Below, one piece after another: positions 23,586 through 36,674 of a stretch of DNA of 64,000 nucleotides (positions within the stretch are counted from its first letter, which is position 1; every line of letters starts with the position of its first letter). Source of the stretch: Amoebophrya sp. A120 (Eukaryota; Protista; Dinoflagellata); contig CAJINV010000018.1 of assembly GCA_905178155.1 (NCBI GenBank), positions 1,178,501 through 1,242,500 of the forward strand, read 5' to 3'. Under the pieces are notes generated by a model, which ran no database searches, had not been told where the DNA came from, and was given only the letters and a program-made list of their open reading frames with translations. The position numbers were made by a program, and so were the translations under genes.

Positions 23586-26500
23586 TTAAAATTTCTTCCG
23601 AAACTCGATACCCATGACCTGCTTGCCGACTTCCCCTAGGCCGCACACGCGGCACTTGCGCTTCAGATACATTTTTTTGTAGACCGCGGCGCAGAAGCTA
23701 CATCGCTCGTACTGCTCGCCTTCTGGGATGACCGTCAGGGATTCCGCGCAGATTTTTGCGGTCGCCGGATCGACGCGGGTCACGTCGAAAGAGAGTGGGA
23801 TATCAAAGTGAAAAAAGCCCCCACCCCATATCAAAACGAAACTTCTGCTGCTGGATTTGCGTACACAAATCAGCTTTGTCTTGCAGTAGAGGACTGCAGG
23901 CCCATATCGTGCCAATATGGAGAAGTTTTGGCCTAGGCGCCTAGCATGGGGCACGCCTATGCTGTAGGACCAACAGCATGACAAACCGCCTGCATAATGG
24001 GGCGGCGCCCATGCCGTTGCTTTCTTGCAAGACAGACACGATTTGTGGCCACAAATCAGCATTACAAATTTTCTGAGACGTTCCTTTTCGATATGCGGAG
24101 GGGGGATTTTTCCTTACGATATGGCAGGGCGTTTGTTCCCCGCTCCTCGGCATTGCGGAGGACCTTTCCAGAGATTGAGCAGAATTATCAAAAGTGGACT
24201 ACATTTTCGTTAGTTGTTGCTTTCCGCGTGCGAAAATGTCGCGCACAACTAATTGTTGTAATTTCTTGTTATTTTTCTACGAATAATAAGAAACAAATCT
24301 ATCAAGTGGAAAAAAAGGAAAGCTAGTCCTAGTACCCCTCGCGCCTGCTGCACGGTTTTTTCCACGAAGCCCCCGGCCGCGGGATTTATGTTTTTCTGCA
24401 GTATTTTGGTGGCGAAGTGCGCCGAATCGATGAAGTTTTCCGCTTTGAAGGTGGCAGTCATGGCCTGCCTGAGGAAGAGAAACTGGTATGGATTGCAAAA
24501 GTGTCTGGGTCTGGAAACTAAAACTTGTGATGCTGCGTTGGGAATAATGAATGCTCTGTAATGCACAGCCAAGCATGAGAAATATCTGCGCTCTTTTGTG
24601 TCGTGTTTTTCGCATGACAAACTGCGTTTTTGCATGACAGGCATCAAAAGGGTCTCTTCTGGGACACGCATCACAAACTTTTTGGCCATGCCAGACAAGC
24701 ATGACAAATCTCGCAATCTTCGAGACCCAGACATTTTTGCATTTGATAACTGGTGCGGCGGCTCGATGTTTTGTTGCACGACGGTCATCAGGTTTACCAG
24801 CTCCACCCCCCTCTTAACGTCCGTCGTGTCCTTCTTCGCGATCTGCATCATCAACGCCAACACGTAACTGCTCGCGGTCGTAATCAGCTCGGTCAACTCC
24901 TTTTCCTCCTCCGCATTACCCGCCACGGCGAGCGTGATGCAGTGCAGCAATTTCTTAAAGATCGCCAGCGCTTCGTCGAACTTCCCGCTCTGCACCTGCC
25001 TGTGCCCCTCGCGCTTCATTTCCACCAGAGAGGCGTAGCTGTAGAGCAGTCGCTATCAACTGTAAAAATGTCTGGGTCTGGAAGAATTCAACTTGTCATG
25101 CTAAATCTGAATGATGCAAAAATCTGTGTTGCGTGAGTCCCAAAAGCTGTCCACTTTTGACCAAGTTGAGACGGAGTTTCTCATGCAGGAAAGGCATGAT
25201 AGAGAGCTCAAAGAATCTGTCATGCTGGGTCTCGCATTCCAGACCTCATGGGTCATGGAAAACCTGCATCACAAGTCGCGCATTCTTCCAGACCCAGACA
25301 TTTTTACATTTGATAGTCGCGGGGAATTGGGGCCGTCCATGAGCAGATGGAGCTGGGAGGGGGTGTTGGGGAGCCCCGGGACGGAGCACTGGGAGCCGAG
25401 GAACTGGTTCTCAAAGTAGGGGAGCAGGGGTTTGGCGTCCACCAGTCCAATTCTTCTGCGAAGGTAGTCGAGGGCGTCGTCGAACTGTCCCGCTATTACC
25501 AAATCGACGCAAAGCTTTCCTGATGGAGGTGGTTAATTGTGAAAATCAAAGAGTTATTAAAGCTCATACAACTTGAAAGCATGGCAAACATTCGAGATGC
25601 ACGTTTCAACGCAGTTGTGAGTTGTAAAAGTTGATGCATATAGAACATCTAGTTCTAGTCCGCACAATATTATAAGTACTTTGCTTCAGCGCCGCTTGTT
25701 GTGGTGACTCGCCGGGTATCAAATGCAAAAATGTCTGGGTCTGGAAGAATGGAACTTGTGATGCTGCATTTGGATTCCAAAAAAATCTGTATTGTATGAG
25801 TACCAAAGGGAATGTAATTTTTGCTACCCGGAGAGGGCATTTGTCATGCGGCATAGGCATCAAGAAGCTCTCAAAAAATCTGTGATGCTAGGACATGCAT
25901 CACAGACATCAGGACTCGTGCAAAACGTGCATGACAAGTGTCAGAATCTTCCAGACCCAGACATTTTTACATTTGATACCGGGTGCCAGTGCTGGTTTTT
26001 GGGGTTTTCCAGCGGCGTCTCCTGCTACTGGCTCTATGACAATGTCGTCTGTGGTGGAAAATTTGTTTTGTAGTAGTTCATGACCAATTTAGATAGAATT
26101 CATTTTGATAGTACTCACAGCAGCTGCTGCATGAACTACTGCTTAGTACACCCGTGAGGAACAATGCAATCAAAAACCAGCGCAAAAAATCCAATTTTTT
26201 CTTTACCTCCAATGTCTTCCCAGCCATCTCCCACGGAATCCAAGTTCGCGTCACCAAACCCGTCGTCATTTACTCCGTCCATGGCGTCCTGGAACGCGTT
26301 TGCCGTGGGGTCCAAATCCTTCACAATGTGCTGCTGTGGCACGTGGTCGGGCACGTTTTCCATCTTCGTGTGCTCGAAGATTTTCTCTTGCGACTGCAGC
26401 TGCGGCCAGTTGACGTCCAGCTGCTCCTTGTGGTTCCATATGCTGTGCAAAACTATCGTACTCGTAGTAATTGCATTTATGCATTTCTTTGTCAAGGCAA

Positions 26501-29500
26501 ACCAGCACTACAAATCTAATTTGTAATGCTGGGCTAATTTGTAATGCAACTTACACTAGTACGATGCTTTTGCATTGCATATTCCGCAACGGGACGGGCG
26601 GAATCAGGAGTTTCGGCGTTTTCACCTTGGTCAGCTATCAAGTGCAAAAATATCTGGGTCTGGAAACTTGTGATGCTGGTTGAGAAAGAGGAGGAAACCT
26701 CAGTTGACTGCTAAGCATGACAAGTTTTGGAGTTGCTGCAGTCTTGTCTATTCTGCATGACAAAGTGAGCTTCTGCATGAGAGAAAGAAGGTGGGCTTCG
26801 GTCACGCGCATGACAGACTTAAGAGTCATGCTAGCCAAGCATGACAAACCTTGCATCTTTCCAGATCCAGACATATTTGCGATGCATATCAGCAAAAACC
26901 GGTCGATCTTCTCTTTCTCCACGTTAGATTCGAGCGCCTCGGTGAGCTCCGTGAGTCCGTGCGCCTTGGCGGTCAGGTACGCAAGGGGGACCTGATAAAT
27001 CGATCGAGGGTGATCATGTTGTCACAGTAATATTTCGAGTTGTACTACACTGCACAGCATCTTTACTTCTGAAAAAAGTCCGGACGACGCTGGAGGTTGC
27101 GATCTCTGCAAAAGAACCAACACAACAGTGGCTGGTGGTGCACACTTTTCAACTTCAACATCTACTCATACAAAGTGCAATTTCCAACATGCTCACCTGT
27201 CCCGTTTCCGCCAACACCTTTACTCGCTCTTCCACGCTTCCCAGCATGAGGGCGTTGTTGAACCTCCGCATGCTGTCCTGTCTCTTTTCCGCGATGGTCA
27301 GCATTCGGCCCAGCTTCAGCAAATTCCCTGTCAGCAAGTAGTGGAAGGAGAGCGCGTCCAAGTTTTTCGTCTTTTGCAGCGACATCTCCAGAATTTCCGC
27401 GGAGCCTTGGCGACTCGCTTCCGTGCCCAACCGCGTCCACACGGTGGCGTCCTGGAGTTCTTGGGCCTGCAAGCAGAAAAATTTGGTGTGGTCGTGTATC
27501 TACTTTGATGTCTATTGTAAAGTACTAGTTCTGTTTCTCGCCTGAAGATTTTGCAAACATGATGAAATCACTTTGAAATTCAAATTACGGGCCAGAATCG
27601 TGATCTTCTTATGCATGCAGTGGGAGTTAGTAGTTGTTTTAAAAACGGAGCAGGCATATTAAAGCAAAAGCTCCTGTAGTCCGTTTAATATGCTACAAGA
27701 AAAATCGATCCTCTACCGCCTTCATCGCCTCCGCGATATGGCCGTACTCCAGCGCTATCAAATGCAAATATGTCTGGGCCTGGAAGAATGCCAGCAGGTT
27801 TGTCATGCATATTTGCATGACCCATGATGCCTGCGTTTCATGGCCTAGCATCACAGATTTTGAGCCGGCTTCCTGATGCCTCTTCCGCATGAGAAATGCC
27901 CTCTCCGCGTTGCACAAACTGGACTCCTCTTGCTTGTCATGCAATACAGATTTTTTAAAAATCCAAAAACAGCATCACAAGTTGCAACCTTCCAGACCCA
28001 GACATATTTGCAATGCATAAGCGCTAGATTGAATCTGGTATGCTGGTCCTCGACGAAATGCAAGGCGACCTCTGGGTAGCCCTTCTTTTTCAAATATGAA
28101 TTGCAAATATGTCTGGGTCTGGAACGCGACAACTTGTCATGCCAATCCTGAATCATGCAAAAATCTGTGTTGCATAAATGCCAAAGGCTGTCAACTTTTG
28201 ACCAAGTTGAGAGGAGGTTTCTCATGCAGGAAAGGCATGGCAGAGATCTAACAGAATGTGTCATGCTAGGTTCTGCATTCCAGACCTCATGGGTCATGTA
28301 AAACCTGCATGACAAACTTGCATGCCTCCAGACCCAGATATATTTGCAGTGGATATCAAATACCCGATTACCACGTTGCCGCCGAGCCTGCCGTTCTTGA
28401 TCCACATTTTCACGTCGTCGAAATTTTTCGACGCCAGAGACAGCTTGAACAGGTACTCCGTGCAATTCAGCCGTTGCTTGTGGACCTGGTAGTGGTAGTA
28501 GTCACCAGTTACGTTCTGGAATTTGTAATGCGGATTTGCTTTCAGAAACAAATTTGTAATGCATGACTGCAGTAGTTACTCACCTCCCCCTTTTCCCGGT
28601 CGATGTAAAACAAGTGCTGTTTGAACACCGCCTGAACATTATCAAAAGGAAAAATGCCCCCTCCCCATAGCGAAACGAAGTTTCTGATGCTGGGTTTCCG
28701 TACACAAATGCGATCTGTCTTGCAGTAGAGGACTGCAGGCATATGGCAAGCCTGAGCTGCGAGGTTTTGACGTCGGCGCCTAGCATGGCAAGCGTCTTTG
28801 CTGTAAGCCGAGCAGCATCACAAACCGCCTGCATGATGTGGCGGACTCTCTGGGCTTGCCCTCTTACAAGACAGACAGGATTTGTGGTCACAAATCTGCA
28901 TCACAAATTTTCAAACGGATGCGCCTTCACTATGGGGACGGGGTATAGTTTTGCCACGCAATAAATGTAGATCGGGTGCTGCAGGGAATGGATGATCCCC
29001 GAGTCCCCGTTGAGCAGGCAGTATTTGACGTGGGACAGGGTGCTGTAGACGAACACGGAAGTCTTATCCTGAGTAAAAACATCCCCACACCAGAGTCAAG
29101 ATGGGGATTTTGCAACACAAACCTAGAACTTTTGCGGGTCACGCATCACAAGCTGCAGTCCGTAGTGTAGTGCAGGTTCGCAAGGCCAGCTGCGTCAGAA
29201 ATCCATCTGCTCATCCTGTTTACAGCATTACAAATTCCAAAACACGACTAAAAATGCCTCTCCTGGCGATGCGCATTACAAATGTTCCTGTCATTGCAAA
29301 TCTGCATGACAACTCTGGTCTGGGGACGTTTTTACTCAGGATAATTCTGCGAGTCCCAGGCGCCGGATTTTATCCGAATGTTTTCGTGCAGAGTGAAAAG
29401 CACCTCGAAGTTTTTGTCGACCAAAACCAAGTTGTGCTTCGAGAACAGGGCGCAGTACTGGAAGTTCGCGGACCAGACCACGTACCGGACCCCGCCGGCG

Positions 29501-32432
29501 ATGGAAACCTCGTTGACCACCTTCCGGGCGACGATGTCGAAGAGCACGGACCGTTCCTCCACCGCGTTTTCGCGCCGGCACTTCAGAATGATCCGGTTCA
29601 GACCCCCGCAGAAGATGTTGTCAATGCAGGAATTCTGTCCGATCGGGTGGTCGAACTTCTTCGTGAGTTCGTTTTGGAAGCTGTAGATCCCGATCGAGGT
29701 GCCCGACTGCTGGAGCACCGCAAACCGGTTGCGCTGGACGAAGCACACCGCGGAGCCGTAGCCGGACAACGGCGGCTGCTCCCCAATGCAGAGATCGTAC
29801 GACCCCGTTTCGATCTGGTAGTACACCAAGACCGCGGACCCCTCGGAGGGCGAAAATTGGTTCACCTCCAGGGACTTCAAACCCGACTGCATGGCGTTCG
29901 TCGGCCGGCGCAGCGTGCAAAGAGTTATGAAAGCCTCAGAATGGAAATCCTCAAAGTGGAAATAATTTGTGATGCATGAAATGCACGGCAAAAAAGACTG
30001 TATTGCAGAGGACACAATGGAGACCGACTATTGTCCTGTTAGGGGTTCAGCATTGGGCTGCTGATTAGCACGAGAGAAGGGCACCCCTTTCCCTACCTAG
30101 CATGACAGACATGCTTTGAGTGCCCGGAAAATTTGTCATGCGCCGACTAGAAATGGCACTTCACCTGGAGTTGTTTTTTTGCATTACAAATTATTTCCAC
30201 TTTGAGGATTTCCAACCTGAGGCTTTCATAAGAGTTTTGGTGAACGTTCGGCCGTCCGGCTGCTCCAAGGGCTCCGCCACCAGGTTCCGCTCCGCGCCGC
30301 GGACGTGGAACAGTGTGTTCTTCGACAAGTCCACCTGCGCCAGCGCCCGCTCGCGATCCAGCTTGAAAACCACCATGCCGCCGTCGTGCCCGACCGCGAC
30401 CAGTTGGGAGGTGGGGTGGGTAGCGATGACCTGATACAGCAAGTGTTGAACAAGCACATATATCGATAATTCTATGCCGGTGGTAAAACTTTCTTCATGA
30501 TCCTAAATCCTAAAACCCTAAACTCCAACTGTACTGTGGTGAAAAAAAACACGAAAATATTACAACCTAGTAGAGATGTGATGAAAGTTAAAAATTCAGA
30601 GTCTAGAAACAAATAACTATCAACCAAAACGGATCTTGGTAAGTACCCAGAATCTGTCCGTCTCGCGGCGGAAGGTGTGAATCTGCGTCCTTTTCGTGCA
30701 GTCCCAGACCCGTATTGTGCGGTCTTCGGAGTTGGATATGATCAAGTCCTTCCTGGGGTGGAAGCAGACGGAAGACACGTTCGAAAAGTGCCCCTTCAGC
30801 GTGTCCACCTCCCATGCCTTGGACTCGCTCATCCGCCACAATTTAATCAGCCGATCGTCCGCCCCGGACACGACTAGCGGTAGGGTTGGGTGGAAGCTGG
30901 CCCAGTTCACCCCGCGGTCGTGTCCTTCTAGCACGTACTTCACCACGGCATCGTACGTGCCGAACAAATCGTTGGCCCCGTTGTTGCCGTTACTCGCGCC
31001 GTTCCCGGAGAAATCGCCCGAGCCAGGCATCATGCCGCTCCCCATGCCGGACCCGCCGCGGCCCTTGTCGCGCAAACCGGAAATGTCCCAAATCCGGATG
31101 TATCAAGTGCAAACATGTCTGGGTCTGGGAGATTGCAAGATTTGTCATGCATATTTTGCATGATCCATAATGCCTGTAATGCATGGCCTACCATCACAGA
31201 TTTTTAGAGCGCTTCCTCATGCCTATTCCGCATGACAAATGCCACCTCCGCGGAGCACAAAATTTACTCCTCTTACTGGTTACGCAATACAAAATTTTTT
31301 CGAATCCAGAGACAGCATCACAAGTTTAGAATCTTCCAGACCCAGACATTTTTGCATTTGATAGGATGGACTGGTCTAGGGACGCGGAGCAAACCATGTC
31401 CTCTGAGGGGTGGAATTGCGCGCACATCACGTAGTGGTTGTGGCCCGTGAGGACCGCGATGCAGCCGCGATCTGTTTTTGATATCCGAGATCAGAACAGC
31501 ATTATTTCTTCACAATTTATCGTGTTACAAAAGCAAGACGCAGATCATGCTACTTAAATTCGTCTTCTGATGCAAGAATTTTCAAGTATCCAAAGAATTT
31601 AATGTACTTTGCCAATTCCAAATCCGCACGGTCTGGTCGTCGGAGCTCGACAAAATCCAGGGTGCCTCATGGTGAAACTGCACCGTTCGGATGTATATCG
31701 ACTGTAAAAGTGTCTGGGTCTGGAAGAATTCAGGTTTGTCATGCTTGTCTGGCATGAAGACTCTTAAATCTGTCACGCACGTTACCCAAGAGCTGCGTTT
31801 TTCTGGGATGCAGAGACAGTTTGTCATGCAGAATAGGCAACACCTAGTAGCTCAGAAACTTGTCATGCTGAGCCAGAATTTGTAGCCTCATCATGAGACG
31901 CCACCCAGCATCACAAGTTCCCAGACCCAGACATTTTTACATTTGATAATGTAGTCCAGATGCCCTTGCAGCGTAAATATCGCCCTTTTCTGCTTGTAGT
32001 TCCACACTTTTATCTTGTAGTCGTCGCCGCCGGAGCAAAACAGTGGCTGCGAATTGTGAAAGCAAACCCCTCGCACAGGCCCGCCCTCGTGCTCTGGGTT
32101 TTTGGTTTTGTGTATTTGAATATGAAAGATGAGAAAATTATACAAATAGCAATAGGTTATTCGCATTCACCAAAAAATAAATTTTGTCATGATACAGACA
32201 GCGCATACAATTTTTCACGGTTCACATCATCCGATACGATCGATCAAGTTCCTTTACCTCCCTCAAATTTCTCGATCAAAGTGCCAAATCGGTAGTCCCA
32301 GAGTTGGATGGTTCCGTTGTGTAAACTCGCTAAGCACCACGACAATTTCGGGTGAAACGAAACGCCCTTCACCCGGTTCGACTTGGTCTCGCACTTGACG
32401 AGCATCTTGTTGTTGACCGCGCCGCCCGACAT
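23586..32432 (-). CDS. COPA: Coatomer subunit alpha; GT-AG introns plus 13 IEs
   Basis: [89 protein letters not shown] and C-terminal [17 protein letters not shown]. Confidence 0.97.
23801..24121. mobile_element. IE, family C, in COPA CDS
   Basis: TGGGA/TGGCA repeat; removal gives TNALPLSFD. Confidence 0.88.
24487..24748. mobile_element. IE, family A, in COPA CDS
   Basis: ACTGG direct repeat; removal gives EPPHQFLFLR. Confidence 0.9.
25054..25315. mobile_element. IE, family A, in COPA CDS
   Basis: GTCGC direct repeat. Confidence 0.9.
25717..25978. mobile_element. IE, family A, in COPA CDS
   Basis: CCGGG direct repeat; removal gives ALAPGESP. Confidence 0.9.
26439..26581. mobile_element. 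IE, family E (TIR TATGCATTGCAAAAGTATCGTACT), in COPA CDS
   Basis: TTCCA/TTCCG repeat; frame restored. Confidence 0.87.
26636..26888. mobile_element. IE, family A, in COPA CDS
   Basis: TCAGC direct repeat. Confidence 0.9.
27756..28019. mobile_element. IE, family A, in COPA CDS
   Basis: AGCGC direct repeat; removal gives FNLALEYG. Confidence 0.93.
28095..28355. mobile_element. IE, family A, in COPA CDS
   Basis: TCAAA direct repeat; removal gives [10 protein letters not shown]. Confidence 0.93.
28640..28963. mobile_element. IE, family C, in COPA CDS
   Basis: AACAT/AATGT repeat; removal gives PIY(I/V)QAV. Confidence 0.87.
29065..29343. mobile_element. IE, family B, in COPA CDS
   Basis: AGTCT/ATTCT repeat; removal gives SGAWDSQ(N/T)SVFVY. 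Confidence 0.9.
29926..30230. mobile_element. IE, family F, in COPA CDS
   Basis: AGAGT direct repeat; removal gives [10 protein letters not shown]. Confidence 0.92.
31101..31363. mobile_element. IE, family A, in COPA CDS
   Basis: GGATG direct repeat; removal gives LDQSIRIWD. Confidence 0.94.
31696..31948. mobile_element. IE, family A, in COPA CDS
   Basis: ATGTA direct repeat; removal gives GHLDYIRTV. Confidence 0.94.
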
Positions 32433-32807
32433 TTTTTATTTTTTCGGTTGGTTTCTAGTAAAAATGTCGTGAGCACCAGGAGTGTAATATTTTCAAGTGC
32501 GTCCTCGCCGCTTGTCGCCAGATCTTCGGTGTCGTCCTCGTGCTCCTCGTTAAGGTCGGTCCAAATCACGGCAGCTGGAATAAACCGCAGCAGCTTCTCG
32601 CGAACTCAGGGGCGAGGATTACAGCTGTAGCTGCACCGCGGCAGAGTAGTGTAACGGCCAGATATGGTCATGAGCGGGTCGTGTTTTTTTGATGTTCGGT
32701 ATAATACTAGTAGTGGCTTTATTTCTTGGTCAACGAAAATATTTTTTGAAAAAATCCCTTCTAGCAGAGATAATGACGTAGATGTAGACAGGTAGCGTCA
32801 AGATGGT

Positions 32808-32837
32808 GGTTTGTTTGTTTGTTTGTTTGTTTGTTTG
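32808..32837. repeat. (GTTT)n microsatellite upstream of COPA
   Basis: About 7 consecutive GTTT units. Confidence 0.9.
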
Positions 32838-33623
32838 TGGTGGATTCACAACCGGTCTCAAAGTGCCCGCGACCGAGCACCGGGAGGCGGAATCGAAAAA
32901 CTTACATCGTTGATCTTTGGCCGTGCCGTGTTGAATGAAACTTCATGGAAAATGTTGTTGTTTCTACAATATCTCGTAGCCTGAAGTAAAAAATTGATGT
33001 TGCAAGAGATTTATGTAGCAGTCCCAGTATAAGTTGTTGCGATAATTCATCATATGGCGCTTTGTTCTGCGCTCTTGTTGTTTTGCGGTTGTAATTATAT
33101 CACTACTGATTCTGATTCAGAACTTCTTTTTGTGCGAGTACGCCTGGCATGCAGAACGCACTCGTGGATGATCCTTCTATCTGACGAACTTCTTCTTGGG
33201 GCAGTTTAACACATTCCAGAATGAGCTGGCAGTGCGAGAGAGCAAGGCAGTGGCTTCATCTGCCTCACATACTTACATGTAGGATGCTGAACACCGATAC
33301 AACAATGCTAGTTTGCGCAAGTTTATGCACCGGAGCAAGCCCCGGCAGGCGCGTCGTCGAACTCCGATCTTCATGATGGATGATGATAGTTATCGTCGCT
33401 TATGGTCGTATTTTCAGTGCTGACGCTCAGCAACAGAAAGCTATTTTTTCACTTGTATTGTCAACTACATGGTGCAGCTGGAGGTTTCGTCTCTGTCGCC
33501 GTAGTTTTTAACACCAGGGAGGTTTGTAGTACATATTAGAGGCCACTTTAGGTACATAGATTTGTCATGCATAGGCTCCATGTGCCCAGGTGTTCTTTGT
33601 ATTGCTGCTGATGCAATACATCA

Positions 33624-35937
33624 TCACAAGTCCTCATCCTCATCCTCACTTTCCTCCGATAATTCTTCCGTGCGGATCGGCATCGCGTTCACTTTGTGCG
33701 CTTTCGCGACGAGGTCTTCCGTCAGACTTTCCGTGGCCGTGTCGTGGCACCGGGCCAGCGCCCGCCGCACCTGCGCGTGCGTGTAGTGAAACAAGGGCTC
33801 CGGAGGTTTCAGGCTGTCGCCAAATTTGCCACCGATCAAGTTCGGTTGCTTCCTCATCGAATGCTGGGGTTGTACGGAAGCTCCTCCACTTGTTCCTGCA
33901 GCGCTCGACAAAATTTGCTGTTTTGCGTTCGCAAACTCGACCAGCTTCATCTTCGTTTGCTGCTCTACGCCGGGCGGCGAGGGGTCGATAGAAGCGTTCG
34001 TCTGCTGTTTCATTTGCGTGTTAGTATTGGTGCCTCCGACGATCAGCCCGGGAACGGGAGCTGCTTTCTATCCTGTGTAAAAACGTCCCCACCCCATAGT
34101 CAAGATGGGGATTTTGCAACACAAACCTAGAAGTTTTGGGACTCACGCATCACAAGTTCCAGTCCGTAGTGTAGTGCAGGCTAGCAAGGACGCACGCATC
34201 ACAAATCCATCTGCTTATCCTGGTTACAGCATTACAAATGCCAAAACACGACTAGAAACGCCTCTCATGGAGATACGCATCACAAATGTTCTTGTCAATG
34301 CAAATCTGCATCACAACTCTGGGGTGGGGACGTTTTTACAAATGGTACTTTCATGGAATTCTTCATGCTCCTTGTATTCGCCGCTCCAGTGGTTCTTGCT
34401 CCCCCAGTATCAAATGTAAAAATGTCTGGGTCTGGAAGAATGCAACTTGTCATGCTAAATCTGAACCCTGGAACCCTGAGGTGATGTCACTAAGGGAAAA
34501 TGGAACAATCCTCAGTCCGAACGCGTCGAAAAAGAGGGGGCCATAATCCCCTGGGGTTGAGCACGGGGTGGCCCCATGTGGCTGTGATGCAAGATCACCG
34601 CCGGGTAGAGGAGCGGGAGTATCACCTGGAGGAACTCCACAGAACCTCAACCAACCACTGCCCCACGATCACAAATGCAGACCCACCATCGAGAACCGAG
34701 GGGGAAGCAACCCCGAACACCCTTCCCTGCACCCGAATACCGAAGGGGAAGAAGATGCCCAACAGTTCTGAAGCGTGCAAAAATCTGTGTTGCATGATTA
34801 CCAAAACTCGTCCAGTTTTGACCAAGTTGAGAGGAAGTTTCTCATGCAGTATAGGCATGGCACGGATCTCACAGAATCTGTCATGCTAGGTCTCGCATTC
34901 CAGACCTCATGGCTCATGCAAAACGTGCATGACAAGTGTCAGAATCTTCCAGACCCAGACATTTTTACATTTGATACCCAGCGGCCGTGCTCTTCTCGCT
35001 TGTGGTCCCTCGCGCGGAGGAACTTGATGTAGCTCCCGTCTGGAGGTTCTTGATCCCGTCGGCTCCACCCGGAGCTGCTGTACCAGGAGGTTGCTGCATC
35101 ATCATCCCCCCTGGAGGACCACGATGAGGAGGGTTGTACGCAAACGCTCCCTATCAAAAGTAAAAGTGTCTGGGTCTGGAAACTTGTGATGCTGGGTGGC
35201 GTCTCACGATGAGGCTACAAATGCTGGCTCAGCATGACAAGTCTCTGAGCTCCTAGGTGTTGCCTATTCTGCATGACCGACTGCGCTTCTGCATCACAGA
35301 AAAACGGAGCTCTTGGGTAACGTGCATGACAGATTTAGGAGTCATGCCAGACAAGCATGACAAACATCAATTTTTCCAGACCCAGACATTTTTTCATTTG
35401 ATACTCCCCCAGCTGCTGCACCTCCACCTCCGACGCCTCCTCGCATTTCCTGTTGCAGTCGCTATCAAATGCAAAAATGTCTGGGTCTGGAAGAATGCAG
35501 GAGTTTGTCATGCAGATTTTGCATGACCCATGAGGTCTGTGATGCATGCCGTAGCATCAGAGATTTTGCGAGGGCTTTCTGATGCTCATACCGCATGAGA
35601 AACGCCCTCTCCGCGTAGCACAAATTGCGCCTGTTTTGCTGTTCATGCAATACAGATTTTATGTAGATTCCAAAAGTAGCATCACAAGTTGGATCCTTCC
35701 AGACCCAGACATTTTTGCAATCCATAGTCGCTTGTCTTCCGCGGCGGTCGCGCGGATTCGCGTCATCGCCTGGTCCAGTTTCCACTGGACAAAGTAGTCC
35801 AGAGAGTCCAAAATCTCCTCCGAAAGATGCTCGCCGCGGTTTGGGTAGAGGTCTGCGAAGACAGCCCTCTTTTTCGGGAGGGGGGGCGGAGAGTTGTGTG
35901 GCCGAGAACTGGAAGAGGAGGTGGATGAGGCCATCAT
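33624..35937 (-). CDS. Hypothetical protein; all four introns are IEs
   Basis: Removing four elements plus 5 nt each gives one continuous ORF from MMASSTSS to ..EESEDEDEDL*. Confidence 0.75.
34069..34347. mobile_element. IE, family B
   Basis: CTTTC direct repeat; right end GTA. Confidence 0.88.
34408..34976. mobile_element. IE, family A, with a ~300-bp nested insertion (34466-34766)
   Basis: CCCAG direct repeat; insert flanked by a TCTGAA duplication. Confidence 0.87.
35152..35403. mobile_element. IE, family A
   Basis: CTCCC direct repeat. Confidence 0.9.
35463..35726. mobile_element. IE, family A
   Basis: GTCGC direct repeat. Confidence 0.9.
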
Positions 35938-36674
35938 GTTTTATTGGACAAGGCTTTTTTTCTTGATCATGTACAGTGCAAAATAGTAAAATGCGTTTAC
36001 TCAAAAATAGGTGCTACTATTGTATTTACGCCGAAAGATGACTAGGAATCTGTCACTTGTTGCGTCAGCTACTTCATCTTGTCACTGAAAATAAGTATTC
36101 AATGCAACAAAGATGAACCCTATATCAATCATTTTTCACGGAAAGCAGTTGGTCGCAGGATCAGATCCGGGATGATCGTCCTCCGAAGATGTTATGTAGC
36201 CACAAGCCTCTACGGCTGAAGATAATTATACGAGCTGTTGCGTAGATCTCAACGGTCGAACAACGACTGCGTCCGACAATACCTCTAAGAACTACACGAT
36301 TGGCATCTGGCCGAAAGATGAAATTCTACACAAATTTTCATTCGCGGGTAGTCGTTCATTTACTTCTAATACAGATTTTTCTGGTGCCCAGAATCATGGA
36401 CACACGCCGGGGGTCGGACGGTTCTTTGTTTATGTCCGGTTTCAACTAGCACGACGGTTCTAATTCTATCGGATAAACGAAAACTTGGGAGAAGTCTCCT
36501 GCAAACAGCTCGATACATTATCATCGTTTATTTCGTGTTAGAATCAACACAAGTCCAAATTTTCTTTCTTCAATAGTGTCTTTTTAATATAAAACCGGCG
36601 TATTTTTCCCGTACTATCAGACAGATTTTTGGTTCTGCAGCTGCACCATCCAAAATCAGCCGAACCTTAATTAC

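Noticed and set aside
31101-31948. AT-AC (U12) boundaries obtainable by sliding the junction in two COPA IEs
   Set aside because: Not available at other sites (28095, 27756) and inconsistent with the base-4 register, so likely chance
34466-34766. Hammerhead ribozyme (CTGAGGA on the minus strand)
   Set aside because: No correctly placed stem II and GAAA
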